Shown: piece by piece, positions 13,901 to 28,500 of the stretch | Layout of the letters: the number at the start of each line of letters is the position of its first letter | Position numbering within the stretch: position 1 is the first letter of the stretch | Assembly (NCBI RefSeq): GCF_963506605.1 | Contig: NC_083276.1 | Coordinates: forward strand, 78,368,001 to 78,432,000 | Direction: 5' to 3' | DNA: 64,000 nucleotides | DNA from: Zootoca vivipara | Lineage: Eukaryota | The notes under the pieces: generated by a model | What the model was told of the DNA's origin: nothing | The model's database searches: none | What the model saw: only the letters and a program-made list of their open reading frames with translations | Made by a program: the position numbers and the translations under genes

Positions 13901-15313
13901 ACCTCTCAACTGTTCCAGAATGCAAAGTATTTGCTTTGTTCCACATTACTTTGTGGAAGCTGATGGACCGACAATGACATCTGGCTTTTGTTGTGTTCAG
14001 TTTCTTGGCCACACAGGGCATTAGGAAGTGGCTTCAACATATATATTTGGTGTTTCAAAATATCTATATAGGCATGAACGCAGTCTGCAAAAAAGGAATT
14101 CAGCAATCTTTTCAAAATCTTGCAACTCTCAACTGCCTCTTAAAATATTGCCTACCAATACAGGATTTCCAAAGTGGTTACAATTTACTATGGAAGAACA
14201 ATCACAAATAAAACAGACTGGATTGACAATTTTTCAGGAAAAGGTAGTTTTTCATAGTACAGTGATGAACAAGTTTTCAACCAGGGAAATGGAGCAAGGA
14301 CACTGTATCAGCATCCAGATAACACTGGAAGGATAGAACATAAGTTTTCAAAATTTTGAGAACATTCACTGAAAATTGAGAAACAGGGTCTCCCATTGCT
14401 ATCTCAGATCTCAATAAGAAAGACTGCAGGTACAAATGATACAAATCTAGTTGGTATTCCAGACAACACTTGGAGATTTTTCTACCCTAGATCAACAGTG
14501 CATTTTCATGTCCATTTCTAGAGAGTGAAAAAAGAAATATGCCATGTGTTCTATCACTAAGCCATCCTTTGCACATATAAGGACCCAGGTTCAACCCCTG
14601 GTATCTCCAGATGAAAGATATCAGATATTATCGCTGAGAAAAACCTCTACATGAGATCTTTCTGCTAGGCAAATGAGGCAACACCAAATTAGCTGGTTCA
14701 GTAGTCTGCCTTACTATAAGGCCCTTACCTATGTGTTTGCAGTCAGATATGACATAGAGCTGGAAGGCACTAAAAAGCCCTTCAAGATGCACAAGAACCT
14801 TGCACAAGAATACTGTAAAGCAAGATTGTCATATACAGGTCAGCCCCTAGATTCCAAACTACAATGTGTTGCAAGCAATGTCGGGGCAACAAACTAGACT
14901 GGATTGAAGATTGCAAAGGAGATAACTCCAAAAAGTCTGAGATGAGTAAGCCACCGTAGGCAAGAAGGGGGAAAGCCTTCGTCAACCAAGAATAGTGTGA
15001 TCAAGTAGAACCCATATGGGAGAAAACCCACCCATTTACTCTTAAAAAATGAAATATTATTCAGTACATGTCCATACCACTCACATCTAGTCTTGGTGTG
15101 CAATGCAGCAGAGGGGAAAATAACTCCCAGGTCTCTGCAGCCTCTAACAAACTGTAATTTGACTATTTCTCAAATACCTGGATAAAGTATCTTACCACAA
15201 AAAGAAATGGGTCTCAGTTCAAATGTGGTGATGGCCTGTGTTCATATTTAACATATATTTTTATATTGTGATTTTATCCTTTGAACTGCCCTGTATACAA
15301 ATTTAATTAATTA

Positions 15314-15347
<34 letters not shown>

Positions 15348-18300
15348 GGACTTTTTATACTCCCACTGTTGTTAGGTTTCACCTTATCATCCTGATTTGT
15401 CCTCAGTTCACTTCATGCTTTTAATATCAAGGATCATAAACCATGTGTGATCTTAAGCCTGAATCAGGTAGGGAAACGTCTATGGTCCGAACCTTTCTCC
15501 ACAAAACTTGTCCGGAACCCCAATGGATACTTCCAAGAGATAAGACCAACCAAAACTCCATCACTGGTATACCTGCTTCCATCAGCTATCTAAGACTAAC
15601 ACACCCACCACTGACATCAAATTGCTTTGATTCCATATCCTCTTGACCTTATTCTTTGAAAATAACCTTAACAGTGCATTATTTATATAATCCAGAGGGA
15701 ATGACACCAATACTTTCCTCCCGTCTTCCCAATCCAGTTTTCCATGTTTTTTCAAAACACAGCACGACAAACTGCAAAGTGACACTTAATCATGGTAGCC
15801 ATAGGTAAGTGCATGGCAGAACTGGGGAAGAGATGAAGAGCAGCATGATAGTGAAAAGGAACTAAAAGGCTATTTAAGATTGAAGGGGGGGGGGTGGCGA
15901 TGACCATGTCAACATTGTCTGCCTGAAAAAAGAAAGGTACTGAATAGCAACAATATGAGTGCTTGGGCTTTCAATTTCCTGCTCTACTATTGGGAAAAGA
16001 TCTAAATTTACAGAGAACCGGGGGGGGGGTGCTGCCTTCTGTTGAAGTTTGGCTGTTGCATCTCATTCCAACAACTTTTTTTCCATGTAGAGGGCAAATC
16101 AAACTCTATATGAACTTACCCAAACCCTGCAGTCATCGTCTAAGGCCCTTCTTCGTGTGCCTCCTCCATGAGAGGTCTGGAGGGTGACAACACAAATAAG
16201 GGCCTTTTCTACGATGGTTCCGCATTTGTGGAATGCTCACTGGGCACCTGCATTACATATCTTTATGTGCCAGGTGAAAATGCTTCTCTTGATAATCAGC
16301 CTTGGTCTGATTAACATGGCCTTTTAAATGTGTTTGTGGCAGGGATGTTATTGGTTTATTTTGTTCTTGTTTTTATTCTGTATTTTGCATTCTCATTTTG
16401 TATTTTTATGATGTGAGCTGCTCTGTGATCTTCAGATGAAGGGTGTATACAAATTTAATAAATAATAAACAGCAACACCTGGCCAAAGTGTACTCAAGAT
16501 GAGATCCTTTAAAATCCCAGTTGTTTACTTGATCCATATTGGAGACTTCAGGTTATTCTGTTCTGTGATGGACATTAACTTTCCTTCTTCATTTCTCAAG
16601 ATTGTTCTGGACTGACTTGAGTACCACTCTAATACAACATGATAAAAATACTTTACTAAATTCAGGATAATAGTCCCCTGCATCTCTCTCCATGTATTTG
16701 ACAAGCTGATTGTAGAGGCAGAGCAACAGAAGCTACTCTTCTCCATCTCCTACAAAGCATGCAATCAATAAGGAAGCCACTAAGAAGCAGCAACAGTGGA
16801 AGGTTTCCTGCCTTACAGACAATGTGGTGTTGAAAGGCAAGGGAGATTTATTCAACCAAACTTGAAGAATTCAATGACAAAGAATTGCATCTATTGACTA
16901 AGAGCTGCCTTTGAGAGCTGTATTGAACTTCAGTGCTATTGTTCATATTTCACAGAATTATATAACTGTCAAGACAACTGTCAGGATGCTTATATGGTGT
17001 GCTGAGGATGGACTCCACTGCAAGACAACTTTAGAACCTTTTGAATCAAACCTAAGTATTTAAATCAATAATTTTATATTGGCTATGCCAAAGATTGTTA
17101 AAATAATCAAAACTTAAAACCAATCCAAAGTCCTCAAAAATCAACAGGGATAAAAAAAGAAGCATGGGACCTTTAAGGAGACGTTTGACCACCATAACCA
17201 GGAATGGTCAGCCATTTTGAAAGAGGTACAAGTGGTAAAGATTTTGAAAGAGAAATCAGGGATTCAGGAAAAGTATCTTGCCATTAAAAAATTTCCCAGA
17301 AAGTTCAAACGTCCAAACTGCCTTGGCATTTTGTCAGCGAAGAAATCCTCTAAGTCAAGATTCCTCAGTTGTTAAGTGGCACTGCCATCTTACTGCTCAC
17401 AGTATATGGTTGACTTTGTGGATACAGTCCAGTAGATCAATTACAACATTTTGCTTTAAGTACACCTGTTTGTTGCCATCTTCACACAGGCTATGCTTAC
17501 AGTTGTGAGGCATCTAGAACCTCCTTCCAGAAGCAGATTCACAAATAGGGAGCTGTTCCAGCATGTTGTTCTTTCTGAAGTTTCACAGGCCCCATATGTC
17601 TTGTTGGTGGTGGCCTCTCCAAGGAAGAAAATAGTCTGTTGCTGGCTGCAATAGGAGCTTCCTTGCCATATTGAAAGGAATTTTAAAGCCCTCCCTCCCC
17701 CATGCCATGAACCAAGCACCCATTATTGGAAGGGAGGCAGCTTAAGTAGTTTTGCCTACCTGAGCAAGAAACAAAAGAAGAAAGCTGCAGGCAACTGTCC
17801 CACTAACTGAAGAAAGTAGGAAAAAATATGCAAAAAACTCCCTAGGGAAAGGCAAAACATATTTGCCAAGAATATATGAAGTAGAAAGGCCTCAGAACAA
17901 AAAGACTCTTGTGAACGCAGCATCAGTAAAATAAAATAAAAACTGATTACAAAGCTGATTACTTTGTCATCTGGCACATATGTAGTTAGCCAATTAGAAA
18001 GGCAGGGATAAGAGCCTTCACTTCTGTCTTGAATTCAAGACGTTCCCCCACATTTGGGCCTATACACCCCCAAATCTTTTGCTGCAGATGGAAAAAGACT
18101 GATTATGACTGATGAAACATCACATTTGCAAATGAATGTTAAGCTTATAGACTCTTAAATGAGCAGCTTTCCTGCTGCATGACAGCAGCATGTACACATG
18201 GTAAAATCTGGGATGTTTTGCAGGAAATGGTTCCGCTAACCAAATATTATTATTTAGGAATTGTTTGATAAATCATTCTGACTTCCTCATAAAGTGATGT

Positions 18301-21300
18301 AGAAGGTATCAGAAAAGAAGTAAAAGGCTAAGATTTTTCTGAGAATTATATACGTTGTGTTTGAAAAGATGCCTTTTAGGGAGGAAAAAAAGCAGTTATG
18401 GAGACAGGTCTTTTGCTTCCAATATTCTCATCAGTGGAAAATGTGAGAGTGGGGAAATTCTTCTTAACTTCATGTGGATCTGGAACATCAGCAGAACCGG
18501 GATGTGCTATCACTTTAGCAATAAGAAGAGCAAGTAGTAGAATATTGTTCATCTATAACTCATGATGGCTCTCTTTGCTGCATGTAGTCATCAATTTCTG
18601 CATCTTGAATGGCAACACAGTGAATGAGGCACTGATGACTTATGACGCTCCCCTGTTACAATGTTATGCCATGTAGTTGAACAGAGGGCAGAAGAACAAA
18701 GGACAAGATGTTTTTTCCAACTCAAACACAAGGACTAGAAGATGGGCCGGGGTGCTGAGGAGAGGAGCTCACTAATGAGAAACGGAGGCCTCTTCTTACC
18801 TTAAAGCAGGAAGTACATCTCATATCAGTAGGTCCAACACGAGGGGGCAGGGAATGGCCTGTCACTGCTGAATGTCCTGAAATCCGACTAAGTAATCAGG
18901 TTGGGCCCTTCTTCCCAGTTCTAGGAGTCAAAGACTTGCAAGTGAAACTGATCTTCATAAAGTATTGGAATCCTAGATTCTGAACAAACACTTTTTGTGT
19001 TGGTCAGTGAAGAAACAGTAAGCTTAAGTGGTGGGATCAGCCAGTTTGTTCCATCACCACTAAGCCAAAACCAAACTCAGCCTAAGGGATCTGGGTCCTA
19101 CTGTTTGCTAAACAAGGAAGCAGAAGAAACAAGCTCTAATCAGGCTGGTGTTTGGTGCATGCACTGCCATGCGAGGGCACACTCTTATAAAATTCTAAAG
19201 ATGTATAGGACATTAAAGAGATCTGTTGGAAAATCTCAAGGAACAAGATTTAAGAAGGGTCTTATGGCTAGACACAGCTATTTCCTCAATCATTCAGTTC
19301 CTTAGAAAAGGCCATTCAAAGTGCTGTTCTATGCAAAAGCTAACTGTGTGCCCAAGCTAATATGAGTCATGAGCATATTTTCAGCTTGTTGTGTGGTAAT
19401 GTTTGAGGACAGCACACAGCAAAGTGACATTTGCAATCCAAAGCATACAACTGGCAAACAATGATATATTTCGTGTCTGAAAACAAAAAACTGCAACTCT
19501 TCTCAAGGCTACAGATGTTTTAGCAGCAGCAGACTGATCCATCCATTGCCCTAAAATTTTGCCACTAAAATGCAGCAATTCTCACAAATTCTAAAATTAA
19601 GCAAATAAGCATGAATAAGAAGAGTAACCACTTACGGATCATCCATGAAGTCATAGATCTCTCTCATGGCTACACCTCCCACATTCACATAAAATACAAG
19701 CCGCAGCAGGACCAGGTAGTGTTCTGGAGGCATCCACAAGACGAATTTCAAGTAAAAAGTGTTCAACTCTGCTAATAAAAACTGAGAGATATGTGCCATT
19801 CAATCACTTAATTTCAGGTGGTTTCCAATTATTCATATCTATAACATGCTGTAAATCCTTAAGTATAGGAATTTGAATATACCTGCAGTACCTTGCAAGA
19901 GTGGTATTCCTCACCCAAAAGGAGGTATTTTCTTTTACTTCAGAATCAGAGAACCACACAGGTGGCCATCTTTCTGTCTTTAGCTATACAACACTGGAAC
20001 AATGGGGAAGCGTGTTCTTGGCTTCCCTGGGCAGGTATTAACAGGGAACTTAATAAAATTTTACCCCACTTCTGTCATACCCAAAGACCTAGTTTCACTC
20101 AATGTTAAGCCAAACATTGAACAGGTACCCCAAGAGAACATCACAACCATTTTGCTCCTCTAGTCCTGGTGCTTCTGTGGGCTGTCATAGCTTGGCTTAA
20201 TGTTATGCCCAATTCCAAGCTTGTGGTTTATCCCATTCCAGACAAACAATGACTTGTAGCCAGGCTCTGTTCTATGGCTTACAGCTTCAGGTTTGTCTGC
20301 AGCAAGATAAACCATAAGCCCAGGTTCAGATGCAATATTAAACCAAATCATGGTGTAGCTCGCAGCATCAGGACCACAGGAGGTTGCAATCTTTTCTCCA
20401 GAAACCCACACATTTGCTCATTAATGTTAAGCTATGGTTTAGGCTTAGTGTTACACACTAACTGGGCCAAAATGGCTTATAAAAAAATGAAATAGCAATC
20501 CCTGCTATAAATTAGCACACTCTGCACAGTTTATAGATACTTGTAGATGCTATGGGTGCAGATGGTTTCTTCTCTCCTTACTTCTTACAATTGCCTTGCT
20601 CCTGGGATAAATATAGGCATGCTGCTAGAGAAACCCTACCCTTAACTATGTCAGACTCAATTAGTCTTTTTTCTGACATAGGGAGAATTTGAGAACTCCA
20701 TCTTTGTAATATTAAAAAGCAAGAATAATTCTAAACACTTATGTCAGTTTGGTGCAGCTACAAGAAAGTAGTGGTCCTTACTATAAAAATAATACCACAG
20801 ACTGCTAGCCATCTGCGAAGACTGGATGCTGGCTTCCACTCAAATTTAACCCAGCTGTATGGCGTGAATTGGAAGGCAATTCTCTTCATTTTTCCTCTGA
20901 GGGAGAAAATCACAAGTATCTCATGAAAAGTGTTGCATCAACCATGTTACTAAATTATAATTTTTATTTCACTATCTATTCAAATACCCAAAACTCTGTT
21001 CCATAGTCAGTACTGAAGCTCAAGGATGCTGGGAATAAATTTGGTGGATTTGTTAACTTTGTTTAGATATTAGACCTTGAGCTAATCCAGAAAGGTTTGA
21101 ATAAATTGCTTATTAAGTTATACAAAATCAACTTTGCTTCAAATATCAGTGAATTTTTGTTCGTATTTCAAGATTACTGTTTTACTCCCTGTATTGCTAT
21201 AATTATACTAATCAATAATTAGTATGGATTTGTTTGGAAGTGAACATGATTTGAGCTTGGCTATCCCTCTAAGGACCCAGGTGGCGCTGTGGGTTAAACC

Positions 21301-24300
21301 ACAGAGTCTAGGGCTTGCTGATCAGAATGTCGACGGTTCAAATCCCTGCAATGGGGTGAGCTCCCGTTGCTTGGTCCCAGCTCCTGCCCACCTAGCAGTT
21401 TGAAAGCACATCAAAGTGCAAGTAGATAAATAGGGAAGGTATACAGCATGTCCGTGCGCTGCTCTGGTTCACCAGAAGCAGCTTTGTCATACTGGCACAT
21501 GACCCGGAAGCTGTCTGCGGACAAACGCTGGCTCCCTCGGCCTATAGAGTGAGATGAGCGCCACAACCCCAGAGTCGGACACAACTGGACCTGATGGTCA
21601 GGGGCCCCTTTACCTTTATCCCTCTAGTTAAAACTGGATTCATTATTTAAATGGTTAATTGTCAATACACATTTATATAGACCATTTGAAAAAAAGTGGT
21701 AAATATCCTAAATTAAGAGACTTCCCATATGGCTCCTAGACAATTTTTCTTTACAAAAAGCAATTTGGCTATAATTCTTTTCTACAATATGGTCTTTATT
21801 TGCCCAGCCTAACTATGGTTTGTTTGAATGTATGGGCTTGAAGTCCTACAGATTAACCAAGGGCTTTTTCTTTGGCTACAAAGCACAATGCAAAGGCACT
21901 GTTTGCTGTTGGCTTATGAACCATGGTTTGCTTTAACTATGATTTGACACTATGTTTGAACCAAACAGCCTTGCTTAATCATGGATTGTTTGGCATCCCA
22001 CTCCAGATGCATGTCAAGCTATAAAGGCATGAGTCAAGAAGTTTGGAAAACAAACCAAACTTTAGAGAAACAATCCATTACTTGTTTGCTAGGCTGTGAG
22101 ATAGACGACTCATGGTTTGTTGCTGAACTACAAACGAATAAGACTAAGCCATGGCTTAGTGTTTTGTGTGAATGAAGCCAATCAAGCAAGAAGCTATTCT
22201 CCTGTCTTGAAAGACTGATGTTATAAGAAAAAGGAAGACCTAGAAACAAAGGTATCTGGGAACATTACTGCCTAAAACACACTTCTTTAAAGACTAATGC
22301 AATAAATAAGCATATCAGAAATATGAATGATGCATAAGAAACGTTTGGTTTAACATCAGCAGAGCTCGCCCTAAGCCTTCGTATATCATAAAAAACACTT
22401 GTAATTAGCAAACCACAGTTCATTGTTGGTGATCAGTTTGACTTTGCATTTTGAGAAGTATTTACAGAAGCTAGAGAGCAACAATTTCATTCATGGGAAA
22501 TATAGTTCATATCATGGTTACTTTTTATCGCTTTAGTAGTGAAAATGGCAAAAAAGAACCCTACTGCCTCCTCCTCATCTCCTGTAGAAGCCAGCTGGCC
22601 TAATCTATCACCTTCCAGAAAGTCAAATATTTATGTCACATAAATTCATATTTCTAATATTATTTTTTAATTCTTTGTTTTGAAAATAGCCATTTAGCTA
22701 TTGTTATGTTTTCACATTTGTTGTATATTGGATAAGATTTTTTTTGAGCAACACCTCTGTGAAATGCAATAAATAATAATTTACTCTAGATTAGTCCTAG
22801 TCTGTATCAGAATGAAAGAACTATAACAACCCAAATGAAAATAAATTGGTTACATTAACATACATAGAATTAAAAGTTATTTCATTTAGGTATGAAATTT
22901 TATCATTTAACGTACTTGTATGTCGGAATGTTCCAAAGTCCTTGCCATTTATACGTTTTCAAAGAAAGCCACCCCAAAGTCTTCATGCCACAATAAATGC
23001 CAAGTCCATTGCATACTACTACATCCATAATCCACTTAAAAAGAAAAGAAAAACTAACTTAAATCACCACTACAAATTCTGTGGCATAGCATTAGCAGTA
23101 GTGTGGATTCACAACCATATACTTTACATCTGCTTTCTATTAAATTAGGTTTTCAACAAAATTTTGCACAATTCTGATATGTACATTACACATGCTACAA
23201 ATTATTTCAAAAGATTGTTATATAACCTAAAGTGGACAAGAAATGGTTTTTCTCAAGCTGTGTTTAGTAAACAATAGAAGCAAAAGCTTTTGCTCTCGTG
23301 GCTAAGTCTTAACTGTGGGTTTAGAAAAGCAAGCCAACTTCTAACCTCTGCTTACTAAGATGGTTAGTTCTGCTAACCACATTTTAGGGTTCAAAGTAAT
23401 TTTAATCTGCAGCTACGCAAAAGCTGAAACAAAAGCTTCCAATTCCCTCCTCACAGCTGCAGTGGAGGTGGGGGCTGTCCTAGGTTAATTCTTCTTGCAA
23501 TAAACCATACCTCATTGCTATGTCCAAACACAGGAAATATCTTTATTGGGAAGAGCCTATAAACTAACATAAGTCTATTTCAGGCATGCCATATAGCAGA
23601 CATTTAATAGGCATACACAAAAAGGTAATTCATACAGATATTACAGTTTAGAACTACCTGGATTTCAGATAGCAAGGATTAAAATAGAAAGAAAAAGAAA
23701 CACCCCCATCCACCTAATGCTATTCACATTAATAACTAAAAGCACCTAAAGTAGATTCTTGGCATAGTAATTTGAGCCATTAGCATATTTCTTTAGAGAA
23801 CAGTACTCACGTGGTCCCACCAACATTCACTGAAGTTTGGGAGCTGATGTTCCAGACTGTACTCCAGAAATTCAAACATTACACTGATAATCATGCACAT
23901 CCACCAATCACGAATCATTAAGGTCTGAAAGGGTTTAAAAAAGGAAAAGGAAAGTTAATCCTACAGATTATTCTGAATCTTGAGTTACTAAATAAAGGAA
24001 CAAGCATTATATAGTGTGCTCTACAAAGGGTACAGAATAGTCTTTAATTATAGTGGGGAAAGCTTGCAGCCATAGTGGATAACAGTATAGTAGGCTGCAC
24101 ACTATATTTCTGTGCTCCTTTGAAGATCAGCAGTTCCAGACAAGTGGATCAGAAGACCTTATAACCATGAGCAGCACAGACTGCTAAACATATTTTCAAT
24201 CAGAAGACAAAACTATTCTTTAAGTTTTCAGACATCTTTCCAAAACCTGGGGTGACTCTCAAGGATGTTTCCATTTTGATCTGAAAGTACTATTCATGTT

Positions 24301-25460
24301 TATCCTGCAGGGACAAACTCTGCATCAACTATCCAATATTCTAGTTTTAATCAAAAAGAGCAGAAAAGATTTCCAAACTAGCCACTTACACATGTATCTG
24401 TTAAGTCACAGAGCAGATGGAGCAGAAGGTTTAACAAGCTACTCAACTGAAAGAAGTTGCCTTTCACCGAGGGACCAATGGGTGGCTGGGCTGCTTTAAT
24501 TTTGAGATTAAATACTGAGCAGCACAATCAGCATTTTACCTGGAAGAGAAATGCTAAATATCCATGACAACTATATAAAAATACAGATGTTGTTGCACTG
24601 TCCTAATGGAGCACTATTATGATGATGCAGCAACATCAGAACATCATGCAAAATTCCATGTTAAGCAAATGTTCCCCCATAGTTGCAATTCAGTCATTAA
24701 ACTTAGTTCTGAAGTCAATTGTTGACAGTAGGTGATATTCAAGGAAAGCATATTCTGAGTAATCTCAATGAAATCAGTGGTTGCTTATGTCCATTGATTT
24801 CAATAGGTCTACTCCAGACAAATACTGGCTATCATCCAGATAAAATATGTTGCTGTTAACATGCAGAGGTTTAGAGGTAGAAGGTGTACTCCAATTCTGT
24901 ACTTTAAAATGCATTTACCTGGGGTAATTGCACCTGGCTCAAAAAAACAAACCCAAAACCTCTTTTGCCAACACAAAACTAAGTTTCATTTATTGTAATC
25001 CATAAAACAATGCATTTTACATAATTCATATTCATAATGTACATATACATTTTTATACAAATATTTTATACAAATATTGAAGGAGGTAAAGTTGGGGGGC
25101 ATCTGCATGTGTCTGGGATATATATATCTCAAATGTTACGCCTGCATTATAGGGTAGTTAAGCTTGCATTATGTTGTCTAACAGGCAGCAACATAAATTC
25201 TCTTTATAGATCCAAGGCAAAAATACAGTCATTTGTGGCCAGAAGTTTTACATTTGGGCACAAAGAAATTTGTTAGCTATGGAGAATCAGTTTGAAATGA
25301 GTACCTAAAATAATTTCTGGCCTCAACAGCTGCAAAACAATATTGAAAACATAAATGGCATATTCCCTAAGCAACATTTACAGACTGAAAGGGCTCTGAC
25401 TACATATCACAAGGGGATGCTTCAACAGCACCAGAAAATTAAGCTGATTCTTATTTGCAG

Positions 25461-25512
<52 letters not shown>

Positions 25513-28500
25513 ATATCACATCTGTATGAATTAGATTCATTAAAGCCTACAAACTATTTTTATAAGTTGCACATTAAAATTATTTGCATAAGAATTAACG
25601 GTATCTAAAGGTGTGTGTGTTTGTTTTTTAAACTATTCTAGATTTTATGTATCAAAATGTGAGGACACAACATGTAAAAAGATTCCTAGCCTTGAAGGAA
25701 ATTAATGACCCAGTATAGGAAGAAATAGTTTAAGTTGAACAAATACAATTTAAACTTTTTCACAGATGAGTGCCTGACAGAACTGATTTTGCATACTAGT
25801 AACACTGAAGGAGAAGGAGTCAAGCTGCAAATGCTAACAACAGCTGAACATAAATAGGACCAATTCTTACCTTTATATACCAGCCAAGGAAATGAGCAGG
25901 AACAAATCCATCTAGTTTGTCCTTTAATTCAAGCAGAAAAACTGGGTTACACAGATTAGACCTGTTTAAAAGATAACTAGTTCACTAATTACTAGGTTGT
26001 AGTTTGGAGTATTTCTAATAAAGTTTATCAGATATTTTAGATACATACATAGTGTCGATTTTAATAAGGCAATATTTTTATTGCTTACGTCTAATATGCA
26101 AATATTCATCCAGGAAGGCAACAACGCTAACCCAAAATAAATTTTAATCCATTGTTTTAATTGCATTTTGGGGAAATCTAATTCTTCTCCTCCCAAATTT
26201 TTGTAACATTTCAATTTTGACAGAATAGTGCCTTGTATCTTAGATCAGAGGTTCTCAAATTTTCTACCCCCACCTACTTGAGATGGCTGAAAATTGAAGC
26301 CAGTCAGTTTCAAAACAGTGGTGCAGAAAATGGTGGTGGATGAAGGCAGAATTTGGCACAATCAGCTGGCAACAGATTACATTTTCTACTGATAGCTTGT
26401 TTTCCTTGTGGCAAGAAGCACCATAACGCAGCTGCCTCAAGCTAAGTACAGACATTTGCAGGGGAGGTATTGTGATAGCCTCTACATTTTAAGCAGAATT
26501 TGCTGATCCAGAGGCTCTTTTATATTTCCTTTCTCGCTGCCACATGCCTCCTAAAATCAGACAAGATTTCTGAACCCCAGAACACAGTAACACTTGACTT
26601 AGATAGTAGCCTATTCTTTTTCGATAGTCTTAAGTCTGAGCAGATAAAATATTCTAGCTTTGAAATGCTAAGGCAGATATGTAACAGCAACAGAGAAAGG
26701 GTATAGTTTTACATCAGTACACTTTGAATTGCAAAGAGCAATTAAATAATTTAACCCCACTTCTAAAGTGCCTAGTTATGTTACAGGCAAATGGATAGCA
26801 CTATCTGGTCAATAGAAGGGTCAGCTGATAGTTATAAGCAGCATGTGTATATTTTGTGCAACAACAACAATAGCAAAAGAACAACAACAACAAAAGGATT
26901 TCATGCATAGAATTGCTGAATCCCAAATATAGATCTGTGAAATTTTGCTTATTTTACACAATTTGTTTTGCTTTTAACAAGTCATTTGGGGGGGGGGGAC
27001 TATACAGCCTCCGTCTTCAGCCCACTGATGCCTGAAAACAATGCTCAACAACTTCTATATGGTATTTCATCCAGGCACTGCACACTCACATTTTATCATA
27101 CCAGCTAAAAATTCTGAAAGCTTGGTTTTGTGTGGGGGTTTTTTTTTTAGTAAAGCCTGAGATTCTCAGAAATCTGAATTCTGCACTTGTATGGAGTTAC
27201 AGAATACATATTAGTGGTTTTGAAGCAGGTGATGTATTGTCATTAGGCACAAATACCAAATGATACATTATACATACACAAATTTTTAGATCAGCTTCAG
27301 TGCTAAATCAGATATTTCAGTTTCAGTCTCTTACCCAAATATTGTGAAAGGGATCTGTCGCATTGTCTGGATCATATATAAGGCAATTTCCACCATAATC
27401 TCTTTCTGGTAAGGGGACTCCTAAATTTGGATCAATGAATTTCATAAACTGTCTTCCATCATGTACAGTCTAAAGAATTAAGCACATCTATTAGTAAGAA
27501 ACAGTTAAAACAAGTAATTTTTACATTTTCTAAGATTGCAACATAGGTGGAAGTCGAGCACATTTGGTTTCATTACCTTAAATAAGAGATTGGATAAAGC
27601 CCTGTGTCCATTCACTGCTTAAGCGTATAAGTTAATAACTTACATAAGACAAGACTAAAGACAGCTAAAAGTCTCCTCAATGTATTCTTTTCAGTACCTT
27701 CTACAAACATCATTGCTTAAACAAGCCTATCCAGATGCTTAGAAATGCTGGTGTGAATTTTAATATGTTTTGAGTATTTTAACTTTTTGTCTGTTGTAAT
27801 GTTTTCTTGATTTAATGGTTTTATCTTTTTGTAATGTTTTTACAATCAAGCAATAAATTTATTTAATAAATTTTATTAAATAAAATAAAATAATTATTGC
27901 AGCACTCTCCTAAGTGTACCCTGCACTCCACCCCTAATTGTGGCACCCATAGAAAATGCTTCATTAACAACAAGCACCTTTGCTTTCTGAACGACAGAAG
28001 CAAGTGACCTGAGATCCTTTGGCATTTGAGGTGAAAGTGAAATCTTCTCTCAAATAACTGGCACTTGGCTATAGGTATAGCTGCCAAGTACCCCGTTTTT
28101 CCCGGGAAACCCCCGTTATTTTCTTACCGTTTCCCGCTGGTCTCCCGAAAAGTAGTTCCTGCTGGTGGCCATGTTTCTGGCGCTGCTCTGCCCATTTCCA
28201 AAATGGCCGCTTCTACGCATGTCCGGAAGTGCGTAGAAGCAACTTTCGGTGCCGCTATGCCCATTTCCAAAATGGCCGCAGCGCCAGAAGTCGCTTCTAC
28301 GCATGTCCGGAAGTGCGTAGAAGCGACTTCTGGCACTGCGGCCATTTTGGAAATGAGCACAGTGGTGCCGGAAGTTGCTTCTACGCACTTCCGGACATGC
28401 GTAGAAGCGACTTCTGGCGCCGCGGCCATTTTGGAAATGGGCAGAGCGGCACCAGAAGTTGCTTCTACGCATGTCCGGAAGTCGCGTAGAAGTGACTTCC

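Noticed and set aside
13800-15110. Possible very old DIRS-like retroelement relic on the minus strand (GFY..LFLV, YLD, VIVGP-like fragments)
   Set aside because: The motifs need several frameshifts and the spacing does not fit. It cannot be supported without TBLASTN/HMM against DIRS proteins.
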